This document shows, one piece after another, positions 1 to 10,478 of a stretch of 64,000 nt of DNA. The translations under genes were made by a program, and so were the position numbers. The stretch covers positions 128,001-192,000 of the forward strand of contig JAWVXD010000003.1 of assembly GCA_033723415.1 (NCBI GenBank), written 5' to 3'. The stretch's first letter is position 1. Each line of letters begins with the position of its first letter. The notes under the pieces were generated by a model that saw only the letters and a list, made by a program, of their open reading frames with translations, was not told the DNA's origin and searched no databases. This DNA comes from Sulfurospirillaceae bacterium. Its GTDB lineage: Bacteria; Campylobacterota; Campylobacteria; Campylobacterales; Sulfurospirillaceae.

Positions 1-446
1 GTGCGCTCATTGCCGTCATAAAGTTTATGTGTTATGGTTCGAGCCAGATAGTCGTTTTCATCCGTATCGGTTGAAAGCAAGATGAGAGGTGCCGCGCCAA
101 AGACTTCAGGTTTGACAAGAAATGCTTTGATAACGACATCTTCACCGTGGATCTTAACGGTAACTTTGACATCTAATTCTTGCAAAAAGTAGTAAAATTT
201 TCGCGTATAGACAGGGCGAAGCGTGCGGTCTTCGTTTCGTGCTTGATCATAATACCCAAAGCTCCAAAGAAGCCCGACTCCAACGATATTTTGTCTGAGA
301 TCATAAGCACTTCTCATGTGAGAACCGGCTAAAAATCCAAGTCCTCCAGAGTAAATTTTGAGTGCTTGATCGATGGCAAATTCCATAGAAAAGTATGCTA
401 CGGCTTTATCATATTTTTTATTGATGTCGTATGAAAAAAGATTCAT
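1..446 (-). CDS. glgP: Alpha-glucan (glycogen) phosphorylase, 5' part; runs off the window edge
   Basis: Not in the ORF track. Manual translation from ATG at 446 gives MNLFSYDINKKYDKAVAYFSMEFAIDQALKIYSGGLGFLAGSHMRSA..., with the YFSMEF and YSGGLG phosphorylase motifs. ATGA overlap with the pgi stop. Confidence 0.92.
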   Translation of the reverse strand, partial: MNLFSYDINKKYDKAVAYFSMEFAIDQALKIYSGGLGFLAGSHMRSAYDLRQNIVGVGLLWSFGYYDQARNEDRTLRPVYTRKFYYFLQELDVKVTVKIHGEDVVIKAFLVKPEVFGAAPLILLSTDTDENDYLARTITHKLYDGNER

Positions 447-1696
447 TTTATTCCTTGATTTTTTTGTAAATTTTTATAGAGTATTTGTTTTCCAAGCTCG
501 ACTCCTGGTTGATCGTAAGTGTTGATATCAAGTAAGACGCCGACTGCTGAAGTTAAAATCTCATAGTACATGACAAGGGCACCTATATTTTCAGCTGTTA
601 TGCTATCAAATGTGATGATGTCGGTGTCGATTTTCATATCGCTTAAGCTTTGCATAGTAGCATCGCATTGTGCATTGATGAGTTGGTTGAATTTTTTTGT
701 ATTTATAAAATTAGTCTTTTCGATACCTTGAAGCGTGATATCAGGTACGCTTATATCATCTTGAAAATCCTCGATTTTGATAAATGTTACAAATTTATCC
801 CTCGGTCCTTCTATGATGAGTTGCAAAAAAGAGTGTTGATCCACCGCTCCTATGAGCCCGATTGGAGTGAGCCCTACGTGGTTTCCTTTTTTATCTACTT
901 TACCTAAGGATTCAGCCCATAATTGGACAAACCATTTTGTAAAATTCTCTAATCTGTCGGCATAGGAAAACAGAACATTGATCGGTGTTTTTTTAGAGTT
1001 CTCGACTAAGTACATAGCTTTTTCAATGACATGATCTTCGCTCCCTTCAAAAAAACTTTTTACAAAATCTCCTGCCCCGTTCAAAACGCTTGTCATGTCA
1101 TATCCACTAACATAAAGAGGTACTACTCCAACAGCACTTAGAACTGAAAATCTACCACCTACGTTTAAAGGGATATTGAATTCCAAAATTTTATTTTCTT
1201 TGGCAAAAGAAGAAAGCGCGGAATCTGCATCGGTTATTGCAAATATTCTTTTATTATCTTTGCCTTTTAAGTCTATATCGCAGAACTTTATCAGCGTTTT
1301 AAATATGGAAGTCGTCTCTATAGTCGATCCTGATTTTGAAATCACAAAGAAACATGCCTCTTCTTTCTTTATTTTGTGAAGATTTTGGCTGATACTTAAG
1401 GGGTCTGAGTTTTCTAAAAAGATCATCTCTTTAACATTCTTTGTATAAGCTCTGAGTATCTGGTCAATTGCTTTGATGCCTAGAGATGAACCACCGATGC
1501 CGATTACGACTACTTGTGAGATATTGTCAAGATCAAGTTTGTCTATCATTTCTATATATTTGAGTGAACTTTGAGGCAGTTTATAGTATCCAACTTCATC
1601 ATTATCCATTTCAGCTTTTAGAGTTTGTATTGTATCTTTTATAGTTTTTTCTGCAATTAAACTATCGTGCGTAAATCGTTTATTGAATTTTAACAT
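443..1696 (-). CDS. pgi: Glucose-6-phosphate isomerase
   Basis: GIGGSSLG, SKSGSTIET, VGGRFSVLS, QLWAESLGK and DQPGVELGK motifs. Confidence 0.95.
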   Translation of the reverse strand: MLKFNKRFTHDSLIAEKTIKDTIQTLKAEMDNDEVGYYKLPQSSLKYIEMIDKLDLDNISQVVVIGIGGSSLGIKAIDQILRAYTKNVKEMIFLENSDPLSISQNLHKIKKEEACFFVISKSGSTIETTSIFKTLIKFCDIDLKGKDNKRIFAITDADSALSSFAKENKILEFNIPLNVGGRFSVLSAVGVVPLYVSGYDMTSVLNGAGDFVKSFFEGSEDHVIEKAMYLVENSKKTPINVLFSYADRLENFTKWFVQLWAESLGKVDKKGNHVGLTPIGLIGAVDQHSFLQLIIEGPRDKFVTFIKIEDFQDDISVPDITLQGIEKTNFINTKKFNQLINAQCDATMQSLSDMKIDTDIITFDSITAENIGALVMYYEILTSAVGVLLDINTYDQPGVELGKQILYKNLQKNQGIK

Positions 1697-1792
1697 ATCA
1701 ATCTCCTGTTGAACTCTTTGGCTAATTACCTATTATACTAAAAAACTAGTATAGCGTAAGAGATTTTGTGATTAAAATAGAGCATATTTTGC

Positions 1793-3712
1793 TCAAACTT
1801 TTTTGAAAAACATCACACTAAGTGCCGGAATCGTAACTTTAGTCATAAAATCTCTGCCATGATGTGATTTTTTCATTGATTTTATCTTCTTTCTTTTGTT
1901 TGTATTCCAACCGCAAAACTCATCAGATTGCGAATTAAAGATCTCTATATATTCTCCATCCTTTGGAAGTCCTAGAATATAGTTTTCATGTGTTTTATCT
2001 GAAAAATTACAAATGACTATGATCAAAGAGTTTGATTTTATATCTTTTCTTATAAATGATATGACATTTGCGCTGTAATCATTTTCATCAATCCACTCAA
2101 AACCATTGTGTGAAGTATCATATGTATGAAGGGCTGATTCTCTTTGATATAAATCATTTAAGTTTTTTATCAAATTTTGTATTCCCTTATGTTCTCTTTG
2201 TGCTAATAAATGCCAATCCAAACTTTTCTCATAATTCCACTCTGCAAATTGAGCAAATTCATCTCCCATAAATAGAAGTTTTTTACCAGGATGTGCGAAC
2301 ATAAGCGCATACATAGCTCTAAGATTTGCAAATTTTTGATTGTTGTCTCCGGGCATCTTGTTGATGAGAGAGCCTTTCATGTGTACAACTTCATCATGAC
2401 TAAGAGGCAAGATATAATTTTCATTGAACATATATACGAAACTAAAGGTAAGATCTTTGTGGTGAAACTGTCTGTAGATCGGGTCATTTTTCATATATTT
2501 GAGTATATCGTGCATCCATCCCATGTTCCATTTGTAGTCAAACCCGAGTCCTCCTTTGATAAGATCACCTGTGACCAAAGGAAAGTTTGTGGATTCTTCA
2601 GCAAAGATAATAGCATCGCTATAAAATTCATTGACTGTTGTATTTAATTGTTTTAGGAATTTTATTGCACCGAGGTTTTCATTGCCTCCAAATTCATTTG
2701 GACTCCATTCTCCTTCTTCTCTGGCATAATCCAAATATAGCATAGAAGCAACAGCATCTACTCTGATACCGTCTATATGGTACATCTCAAGCCAAAACAT
2801 AGCAGAACTTATAAGAAATTCTCTAACTTCGTTTCTATCATAATTAAATATAGCACTTCCCCATTGAGGGTGATATCCTTTTTGTGGATCTTTGTGTTCA
2901 TAAAGACAAGTTCCATCAAAATTCATCAGACCGTGACCGTCAGTAACAAAGTGGGAAGGAACCCAATCTAGGATAACTCCGATGCCGTTTTGATGCATAA
3001 TATCTACAAATTTCATAAATTCCTGCGGTGTTCCGTATCTGGATGTCGGCGCAAAATATCCACTGACTTGATAACCCCAAGATCCTACAAAAGGGTATTC
3101 TGTAATAGGCATTAATTCAACGTGAGTAAATTTCATCTCCTTCAGATATATAGCCAATTCGATTGCAGATTCTTCATAGGTTAGAAATCTGTTATTTTCT
3201 TCAACCTTTCTTTTCCATGAACCAAGATGCACTTCATACACTGAAATAGGAGCAGTTTGTGCATTGTTTTTGTTTCTTGTGCGCATCCATAGTTTATCAT
3301 TCCAGTTAAATTTTTCAATTTCGCATACTTTTGAAGCAGAATTTGGCGCCACTTCTGCGTAAAAGGCATAAGGATCTGCTTTGTCTGGATTTGCATTTTG
3401 AGTATCTGTAAAGATATGGTATTTATAGCTGCATCCTTCACTTACATCGCTGATAAATCCTTCCCAGATACCGGAATTATCGCTTCTACATTTTAGTTTG
3501 TGAGAGTTTGGATTATAATCGTTAAAATCTCCTCTAACGCTTACTTCTTTGGCATTTGGTGCCCAAAGTGCAAAATATACACCATTTTCATTGTTCCTTG
3601 ATACTAAGTGGGAGCCAAAATGTTTATAAAGCTGTGAATGAGTTCCTTCTTTGAAAAGATATATATCTAACTCACCAAAAAGGCTCACATCATGGTACAT
3701 TTTATATTTCAT
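1793..3712 (-). CDS. glgB: 1,4-alpha-glucan branching enzyme (GH13)
   Basis: WAPNA, YEVHLGSW, DGIRVDAVASM, AEEST and LSHDEVVH motifs. Confidence 0.96.
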   Translation of the reverse strand: MKYKMYHDVSLFGELDIYLFKEGTHSQLYKHFGSHLVSRNNENGVYFALWAPNAKEVSVRGDFNDYNPNSHKLKCRSDNSGIWEGFISDVSEGCSYKYHIFTDTQNANPDKADPYAFYAEVAPNSASKVCEIEKFNWNDKLWMRTRNKNNAQTAPISVYEVHLGSWKRKVEENNRFLTYEESAIELAIYLKEMKFTHVELMPITEYPFVGSWGYQVSGYFAPTSRYGTPQEFMKFVDIMHQNGIGVILDWVPSHFVTDGHGLMNFDGTCLYEHKDPQKGYHPQWGSAIFNYDRNEVREFLISSAMFWLEMYHIDGIRVDAVASMLYLDYAREEGEWSPNEFGGNENLGAIKFLKQLNTTVNEFYSDAIIFAEESTNFPLVTGDLIKGGLGFDYKWNMGWMHDILKYMKNDPIYRQFHHKDLTFSFVYMFNENYILPLSHDEVVHMKGSLINKMPGDNNQKFANLRAMYALMFAHPGKKLLFMGDEFAQFAEWNYEKSLDWHLLAQREHKGIQNLIKNLNDLYQRESALHTYDTSHNGFEWIDENDYSANVISFIRKDIKSNSLIIVICNFSDKTHENYILGLPKDGEYIEIFNSQSDEFCGWNTNKRKKIKSMKKSHHGRDFMTKVTIPALSVMFFKKV

Positions 3713-3720
3713 TTTAATTC

Positions 3721-5190
3721 CTAATTTCTATGTTTGTCGAGTGCAAATCTATAGACTTCTTCATATGATTGTGCAGCTTTATCCCAGTTAAAGCGCATTT
3801 GCATCGCTCTCTCCCGCATTTCTAGAAAGTCTGATTTATTATTGTTGTATATCTCTATAGCCCATTTGATAGTATTATATAAAGCTCCGGCACTTGCCTC
3901 GTAAAATTTAAATCCATTGCTTTTTGGATTAGAACTTTCAAAATTTACTATAGTATCATCAAGTCCTCCTGTTGCACGCACGATCGGCAGCGTTCCGTAT
4001 CTTAGGGAGTAAATCTGATTTAAGCCGCATGGTTCAAACAAGGAAGGCATCAAAAACATATCGCTTCCTGCTTCAATTTTGTGTGCAAGAGCATCATTAT
4101 ATCCAACATGAAGTCCAAATTTGTCTTGATGTTTGGCAGCAGTTTCTCCAAAATAGAATTCAGCCCATCTCTCCCCTGTTCCCAGCATAACTATTTGCAT
4201 ATCCAGTGCCAAAAGACCTTTGATGATCTCTGCTATTAGAGATATTCCTTTTTGTTCTGCAAATCTTCCGACAAAGCCCAAAAGAGGGACAGATGAATCA
4301 ACTTTTAATCCAAATTGTTTTTGAAGATCTGCTTTACAAACTGTTTTTCCGTCTATGTCATCAATATCAAATTTTTCAGCGATTTTCTCATCTGTGGCAG
4401 GATTCCATTCTTCATAATCAACACCGTTTAGTATCCCAAATAGTTTACTCCTGTGTGCTCTGATATGCTCTTCTAATCCAAAGCCAAACTCCGGTGTTTG
4501 TATCTCATAAGCATATTTTTTAGAGACCGTGGTTATTGCATCGGCATGCGCAATACCGCCTCTTAAAAAGTTGACATGACCGTATTTTTCAAATTCCATA
4601 GGATTGAAATGTTCCCAGCCGACTTCCATAACATCCATAACACCTTTGAAAAAATCCCCTTGATGTTGAAGATTGTGTATAGTTAAAACAGATGCGCAGG
4701 AAGCAAAATCTGTATGAAAGCGTGTTTGACATAGTATAGGCAGCATCGCAGTATGCCAGTCATTTGCATGGACTATGTCGGGGTTAAAAGAGATTTTTTT
4801 GCTTAACTGCAGGGCGGCTTTAGATAAAAATATAAAGCGATTGTCATTGTCCGTGTATGCTATCCCTTCTTCATCATACAAGCCGCTTCGCCCAAAGAAA
4901 TTTTCATAATCTATAAAATATATAGGTACATCGCTTTTGGGCAAGGTCGTCATGAATACTTCGCACCAAAGCTCACCCATTGGACCCATAGGAACCCCAA
5001 GAGCTCCAGTAAGAGGGGTGAGAGAACTTTTGTCGATGCTGTAATACCTAGGCATTACTACGATGATGTCATGACCTAGTTTTTTTATTGCCTTGGGAAG
5101 TGCTCCTGCCACATCTGCTAATCCACCTGTTTTGGCAAACGGTACGACCTCGGATGCAACAAATAAGATATTTAGCTTTTCACTAGACAT
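3721..5190 (-). CDS. glgA: Glycogen synthase (GT5), copy 1
   Basis: PFAKTGGLADV, HANDWHT, TIHNL and PSLFEPCGLNQ motifs. Confidence 0.94.
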   Translation of the reverse strand: MSSEKLNILFVASEVVPFAKTGGLADVAGALPKAIKKLGHDIIVVMPRYYSIDKSSLTPLTGALGVPMGPMGELWCEVFMTTLPKSDVPIYFIDYENFFGRSGLYDEEGIAYTDNDNRFIFLSKAALQLSKKISFNPDIVHANDWHTAMLPILCQTRFHTDFASCASVLTIHNLQHQGDFFKGVMDVMEVGWEHFNPMEFEKYGHVNFLRGGIAHADAITTVSKKYAYEIQTPEFGFGLEEHIRAHRSKLFGILNGVDYEEWNPATDEKIAEKFDIDDIDGKTVCKADLQKQFGLKVDSSVPLLGFVGRFAEQKGISLIAEIIKGLLALDMQIVMLGTGERWAEFYFGETAAKHQDKFGLHVGYNDALAHKIEAGSDMFLMPSLFEPCGLNQIYSLRYGTLPIVRATGGLDDTIVNFESSNPKSNGFKFYEASAGALYNTIKWAIEIYNNNKSDFLEMRERAMQMRFNWDKAAQSYEEVYRFALDKHRN

Positions 5191-6025
5191 ATGAATCCTT
5201 TAATAAAAGTGCACCAAGGAGTGGTGCTTCTCCAAGATTGCTCTGGATGATCTTAGCGCTTTTTAGTGAAGTTTTCAGCGCGTATTGATTGATATTTTCT
5301 TGAACCAAACCTAGTAGATAAGGATTTGATTCGATGATACCTCCGCCCAATACCAAAATTTCAGGATTAAAGAGAGTGATCACACAGCCTGTTGCATAAA
5401 GCAAGGCTCGCTCAAATTGATCTAAAATCTTCTGTGCATCGGGGTCTGTCTCATTCTTCAATGCTTCTAAGCTCAAATTGCAATTTAAATTATAGTATTT
5501 TATCCATTTTTCAAGTCCTGAACCTGATACAAAAAGTTCCAAGCAGTTTTCTCTGCCGCATCCGCATTTAAAAGGAGCATCCAAGAAAGGAATATGCCCG
5601 ATCTCTGTGGCAAAATTTTCACTTCCTTTTATAAGTTTGTTATTTTCTACGACACCAAGTCCTATGCCGGTTCCTATATATAAAGCACAGATATTTTTGC
5701 TTTTGTGCTCTTTTGATTCAGCAAGTACCGCACATTTTAGGTCATTTTCAATGAAGAGTTTGATCTTATAGTTTTGCTCAAAGTACTCTTTGATATCAGG
5801 TTTGTCTACTTTGATATTCGGCGAATCAATGATCCTGGAATTGCTGACTTGTCCTGCATATGAGATGCATACCGTTTTAACTTTTGGATTGTTTTTGAGA
5901 ATATCTTCTATCCAAGTTACAAGATTGTTTTCTTTACTTTTTGAGTTGTATGATCTGATCTCTTTTGTATTTTGGTAAATTTTCGCTCTTAGATTTGTAC
6001 CTCCGGCATCAATCGCTAAGATCAT
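5183..6025 (-). CDS. ROK family sugar kinase (probable glucokinase)
   Basis: IDAGGT, END, GTGIG, EIGH and CGCGRENCLE ROK motifs; no N-terminal HTH. Confidence 0.88.
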   Translation of the reverse strand: MILAIDAGGTNLRAKIYQNTKEIRSYNSKSKENNLVTWIEDILKNNPKVKTVCISYAGQVSNSRIIDSPNIKVDKPDIKEYFEQNYKIKLFIENDLKCAVLAESKEHKSKNICALYIGTGIGLGVVENNKLIKGSENFATEIGHIPFLDAPFKCGCGRENCLELFVSGSGLEKWIKYYNLNCNLSLEALKNETDPDAQKILDQFERALLYATGCVITLFNPEILVLGGGIIESNPYLLGLVQENINQYALKTSLKSAKIIQSNLGEAPLLGALLLKDSYV

Positions 6026-7416
6026 GACAACAGCTTCTTATATAGTTCTAGATACTTTAATGCACTTTGATCAAATGAAAAATCACATTTCATGTTAAAT
6101 ATTTGCATCTCTTTGATCTTCTTTTTATCTTCATATAACTTTAGAGCTCTTTTGATAGCTTGTTTAAATGCAGTGTTCGTAGGTTTTTTAAAACTGATAC
6201 CTCTACCGCATTTCAATGTTTTTTCATGTACGCTGTCATGTAAGCCGCCGGTGTCATGAACGATCGGGATGCTCGCGTATCTAAAAGCTATCATTTGTGC
6301 TAAACCGCAAGGCTCAAACAGTGATGGCATCAAGAAAAAGTCGGCTCCTGCATAGATCTGATGAGACAACTCTTCGTTAAAACCAAAATATAATTTAAAA
6401 TTTTTGTGTGATTCAGATATCTCTAAAAGAGCTTTCTTATAATGACTCTCACCATCTACCAAGAGTATAACGTTCAGCTTGTTTTCTAATATTTTTTCCA
6501 AAGATGCCAGTAGTATATCAAAGCCCTTTTGTTCGGTGAGTCTGCTTATCATGACAAAAAGAGGAAAATTTTCATTCTTTAAATCGCTTTTTTTGAGTAT
6601 AAATCTTTTGTTCTCTGCTTTTGATCCAAGGGTATTTTGATCGAATGTTTTAGCTAGTGTTTTATCATTTTGCGGATCGAAGATCGTGATATCTATGCCA
6701 TTGATGATCCCGGATAATTTGGATTTGAATTGGCATAAAAAACCGTCTAATCCGCAGCCGAAAGACGGTGTTAGTATCTCTTTTGCATAATTTGGACTAA
6801 CCGTCGTGATAGCATCACTATATTTTATACCTGCTTTCATAAAGTTGCATTTCCCGTAAAATTCCAAGGTTTGCATATTAAAATATTTTTTGTCAATTCC
6901 AAGCCTTTGAAGTGATTTCTCTTCAAAGATTCCTTGATATGCGAGATTATGAATCGTAAAAATCGTTTTTATTTGTTTATTCTCTTCTTTATTCCAAAGT
7001 GCTGCAAGCGCACTGTGCCAATCATTGAGATGGATGATATCGACTTTCAGAAGAGACGCTAATTTTACGATTGCTTTACTAAATATGCCAAAACGAATGT
7101 CGTTATTTGCATAAGCCTCACTGTCTCCATATAGCTTTTGTGTATCGCTTAGAAGAGGGGCTTTTATGAGATAAGTGCTCAGATTTTGGTTTTGAGTTTT
7201 GTAAATGATTATGTCGTAATTGATGCCGCCAAGATCAAGAGAAAAAGAGATGTCGCTTTTCTCAAAATTGTTTTCATTCATAAAGCCATAAAAAGGCATG
7301 ACAGAGATGATTCGCGCATGTTTGCTTAGAGCTAAAGGAAGTGCTCCTGCTACATCTGCCAATCCTCCGCTTTTGGCATAAGGAAAGATTTCGCTTGAGG
7401 CAAACAAAACTTTCAT
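6022..7416 (-). CDS. glgA: Glycogen synthase (GT5), copy 2
   Basis: Start moved to ATG at 7416 (MKVLFASSE; GGAGG RBS; ATGA overlap with the upstream gene). AKSGGLADV, HLNDWH and PSLFEPCGLAQ motifs. Confidence 0.9.
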   Translation of the reverse strand: MKVLFASSEIFPYAKSGGLADVAGALPLALSKHARIISVMPFYGFMNENNFEKSDISFSLDLGGINYDIIIYKTQNQNLSTYLIKAPLLSDTQKLYGDSEAYANNDIRFGIFSKAIVKLASLLKVDIIHLNDWHSALAALWNKEENKQIKTIFTIHNLAYQGIFEEKSLQRLGIDKKYFNMQTLEFYGKCNFMKAGIKYSDAITTVSPNYAKEILTPSFGCGLDGFLCQFKSKLSGIINGIDITIFDPQNDKTLAKTFDQNTLGSKAENKRFILKKSDLKNENFPLFVMISRLTEQKGFDILLASLEKILENKLNVILLVDGESHYKKALLEISESHKNFKLYFGFNEELSHQIYAGADFFLMPSLFEPCGLAQMIAFRYASIPIVHDTGGLHDSVHEKTLKCGRGISFKKPTNTAFKQAIKRALKLYEDKKKIKEMQIFNMKCDFSFDQSALKYLELYKKLLS

Positions 7417-8441
7417 ACGATTTCCTCCGAATTGAGAAGATTTGCACACTCTTCAGGAGACATCGGATTGATAGCCATATTTGTGGAAAGCTCAAAACCT
7501 CCAAGTTTATAAATTCTTGGAATGATACTGAGGGAGAAGCGAAAACTTTTGTGAATATATGGCAGATACTCTTCATTTTGGAAGTTGCTATTTAGCGGGG
7601 ACAATTTAAAGTATAAGTTATAGTCAAATTCTCCCAACTGTTTTTTTAACTTAAAAAATACATGTTTGATAATCAAAGAGAGGTTTTTTACATCATCATG
7701 ATCACACTCGTCTAAATTGCCGATATTTTTTGTCGGAGCTATCATTACTTCAAAAGGGAAACTACTGGCAAATGGACAAAAAGCAACAAAATCTCCGATT
7801 TCGCCGATTACTCTGTTGTCTTTAAAAAATCTTTCATTCTCTACTATGTCTTGAAGTTTTCCTCTGCCGTGTTTACGATAATATTCCAAATTCTGTTTTA
7901 AAAAATCAAGTTCATTTTTTGGCATAATAGGCAGTGCTAAAAGCTGTGTGTGTGGATGCTCTTGCGTTGCACCGCTATTTGAGCCGTGATTTTTAAAAAC
8001 GCTGAGGTGAACCAATCGCATATCGTTTCTTAGATCTACAATACGCCTGATGATGCTTTTGAGCCAATTTTCTATTTTATACTCTTCCAAGTCATCCAAA
8101 TCATTTTTATGTTCCGGGGAATCAATCAGTACTTCATGAGCACCGACTCCAGGGATGCTTTCAAACAAACCTTTTCGTCTGGATCTGTCTTCAAGCTCGA
8201 TTTGTACGGCTTTGAAAAGATTCGGCACGACTCTTGTCTGCCAGCCTGCAGTATTGGCTTCATTGTCTCTTAGTGCAAAGATCTCAGGAGGGGTTAGGTA
8301 TTCGTTTCCATAGCAAAACGGACACGTTGTATTGTTTGTATCCGGCTTATTTTTGCATTGATAAAAATCAGGTCTATGTAGTCTCTCAGGAGCAATTAAA
8401 ATATACTGATTTCTGAGTAAATCAAATCTTATCTCAGACAT
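7413..8441 (-). CDS. GalT-like (HIT superfamily) hexose-1-phosphate nucleotidylyltransferase
   Basis: CPFC Zn motif, RVVPNLF, GAHEV and the catalytic HPHTQ; start at 8441 after GGAG. Confidence 0.85.
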   Translation of the reverse strand: MSEIRFDLLRNQYILIAPERLHRPDFYQCKNKPDTNNTTCPFCYGNEYLTPPEIFALRDNEANTAGWQTRVVPNLFKAVQIELEDRSRRKGLFESIPGVGAHEVLIDSPEHKNDLDDLEEYKIENWLKSIIRRIVDLRNDMRLVHLSVFKNHGSNSGATQEHPHTQLLALPIMPKNELDFLKQNLEYYRKHGRGKLQDIVENERFFKDNRVIGEIGDFVAFCPFASSFPFEVMIAPTKNIGNLDECDHDDVKNLSLIIKHVFFKLKKQLGEFDYNLYFKLSPLNSNFQNEEYLPYIHKSFRFSLSIIPRIYKLGGFELSTNMAINPMSPEECANLLNSEEIV

Positions 8442-10464
8442 CATCAACTCCTAGTGTTAGTTTTAAATGCATCTTTAAATGAATTTCCGTAAATAATATA
8501 AATGAGATCTGCTGGGCAACCATATCAAATCCGTTTTCACTTTGAGATACCGTATTTAATATAAAAGCATTTAGGTCGCAATTTTGATTCAAAGAGAGAT
8601 GTATTTTTTTATTTGTAAACGTATCTATGATCGCAAGATCTTTTATATCTTCTAAAACCAAACCTTCTTGGATCAATTCACCGTTAAAGGTTACAAGATG
8701 CGGATGTGCAAAGTGCAGATTAAACTCTACACCATAATACATATTTTCTTGATATTCTGTTTTAAAATCGAGTTTCACGCTTAGCTCTTTGTCTAAGAAA
8801 GAAAACTGTTTGGTCATGATGGCAGGATAATGTTCTTCGAGATAAATTCCGCCTTCACGGCTAAATATCAGTGTTTTTTCATCGAGTTCATATGGTTGAT
8901 TTGCAAAATCTCCGATTTCTCTAAAGTTTGTCTGCCTAAAATTTTCCAGGTTAAACGAGGTATCTGAGAAGTGATCAACAAAAGAATATTTTAAATACCA
9001 ATCAAATATCAAATTTTCTTTTAATTTTTCATCTATGTTTTCTTGGCTGTTATGAATAGTGGCGATTTCATCTTCATTTTGTTCATGTATTTCGATTTTT
9101 TGTGGGAAAAGTATCTTGTCATGATAAGCTTCTTTCCTTCTCATCAGAGTATTTTGCCAGTTAAATTCAGCATCTAAAGATCCAAACTCTACCATTTGGG
9201 CACCGTTTTTGGATGAAAATACACAAGAGAGTGAGCGGCTTAGCACTTTTAATTCATCAAACCCGTCCATATCCAAATCCAATACTTCATAGTCTAGTTC
9301 TTTTTTTGCAAACTCTTTTTCTAAATGCATCAAGTATGTATATGCATTATCTCGCAAAACAGGGAGGTATAAGCCTCCAAAAACACCATGCCAAAACACA
9401 TCATTGGTCTGAAGTTTATATAGATAGTCTTTTGCCTTGGCACTAAAACTATCTTGCTTTTTGCTCATATAAAGCATTCTTTTATGCAGATAATTGCTCT
9501 CTTCATATTTTACAAAAAAATTCTTCCAAATTCCACCTTTGATGAAAGAGATTCCAAGATTGTCGAAGTACTCGCTTCCCACTTCTTGTTTTAATTTCTC
9601 TAGACCAAGTGTCTGTTCGCTTCTTAGACTCCACTCTCCCATCTCAAAATATGAGGTATTGTTTAGATAAGCGATACCTTTAGATCTATTGTTGTTTAGA
9701 TAATCACAAAAGTGTTCTGTTTTTATTCTTTTTTCGCTTAAAACAGCTTCTATAAAATTTTCTAACCATTTTTTTTCATATACCCACTCATGAGTTTTTG
9801 GCCAAAGTCCAAACTTTTCCCCATCATCAAATATAATAGCAGCCGAATTTTCACTTTTACGGCAATTTAATATCGCTTCGATCGAGCGTTCGACACTAAA
9901 AAACGGTAACGCGTAACGAAGCGCTCCTGAGATCGGAAATAAGGCAAGTTTCTCACCGCTTTCTTCGCTCTCATAATAACCATCCATCTTTGCGGCATCA
10001 AAACCGCTGCTTAGAAAGTGATAATCATCGATGAGGGCAAAGTCAATGTTTGCTTTTTTTAAATCAGGAACTATAGAAGATTCCCAAACCCTCTCCGTCA
10101 GCCAGAGTCCGTTTGAATCAACTTTGAAGTGTTTTTTTATATATTTACTAAGCAGGTTTATTTGCGAGACTCGATCATTTGAAGGGATAACGCTTAAAAT
10201 CGGCTCATAAAATCCGGCACTGATCCACTCTATGGAGTTAGATTTTGTTAGAATCTGCATATTTTTAAAAATATCAGGATGTTTTACTCGTATCTGATCC
10301 AACAGCCAACCGCTGCAATGAAGAGAAAATTTAAACTCAGGATACTTGATCATCGTCTCGAAAAAAGGTTTGTAGCATCGTTCAATTGCTTCATCTACTG
10401 CAATGCCTAGATTATCTACAGGCTGATGCATATGTACTCCAAAGAGTAAACTAACTTCTTTCAT
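8434..10464 (-). CDS. GH57 4-alpha-glucanotransferase/alpha-amylase
   Basis: HMHQP, WLTERVWE (nucleophile) and FDDGEKFGLWP (acid/base) as in GH57 4-alpha-glucanotransferases; start at MKEVSLL. Confidence 0.88.
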   Translation of the reverse strand: MKEVSLLFGVHMHQPVDNLGIAVDEAIERCYKPFFETMIKYPEFKFSLHCSGWLLDQIRVKHPDIFKNMQILTKSNSIEWISAGFYEPILSVIPSNDRVSQINLLSKYIKKHFKVDSNGLWLTERVWESSIVPDLKKANIDFALIDDYHFLSSGFDAAKMDGYYESEESGEKLALFPISGALRYALPFFSVERSIEAILNCRKSENSAAIIFDDGEKFGLWPKTHEWVYEKKWLENFIEAVLSEKRIKTEHFCDYLNNNRSKGIAYLNNTSYFEMGEWSLRSEQTLGLEKLKQEVGSEYFDNLGISFIKGGIWKNFFVKYEESNYLHKRMLYMSKKQDSFSAKAKDYLYKLQTNDVFWHGVFGGLYLPVLRDNAYTYLMHLEKEFAKKELDYEVLDLDMDGFDELKVLSRSLSCVFSSKNGAQMVEFGSLDAEFNWQNTLMRRKEAYHDKILFPQKIEIHEQNEDEIATIHNSQENIDEKLKENLIFDWYLKYSFVDHFSDTSFNLENFRQTNFREIGDFANQPYELDEKTLIFSREGGIYLEEHYPAIMTKQFSFLDKELSVKLDFKTEYQENMYYGVEFNLHFAHPHLVTFNGELIQEGLVLEDIKDLAIIDTFTNKKIHLSLNQNCDLNAFILNTVSQSENGFDMVAQQISFILFTEIHLKMHLKLTLGVDDV

Positions 10465-10478
10465 ATTTTCTCCCAAAA

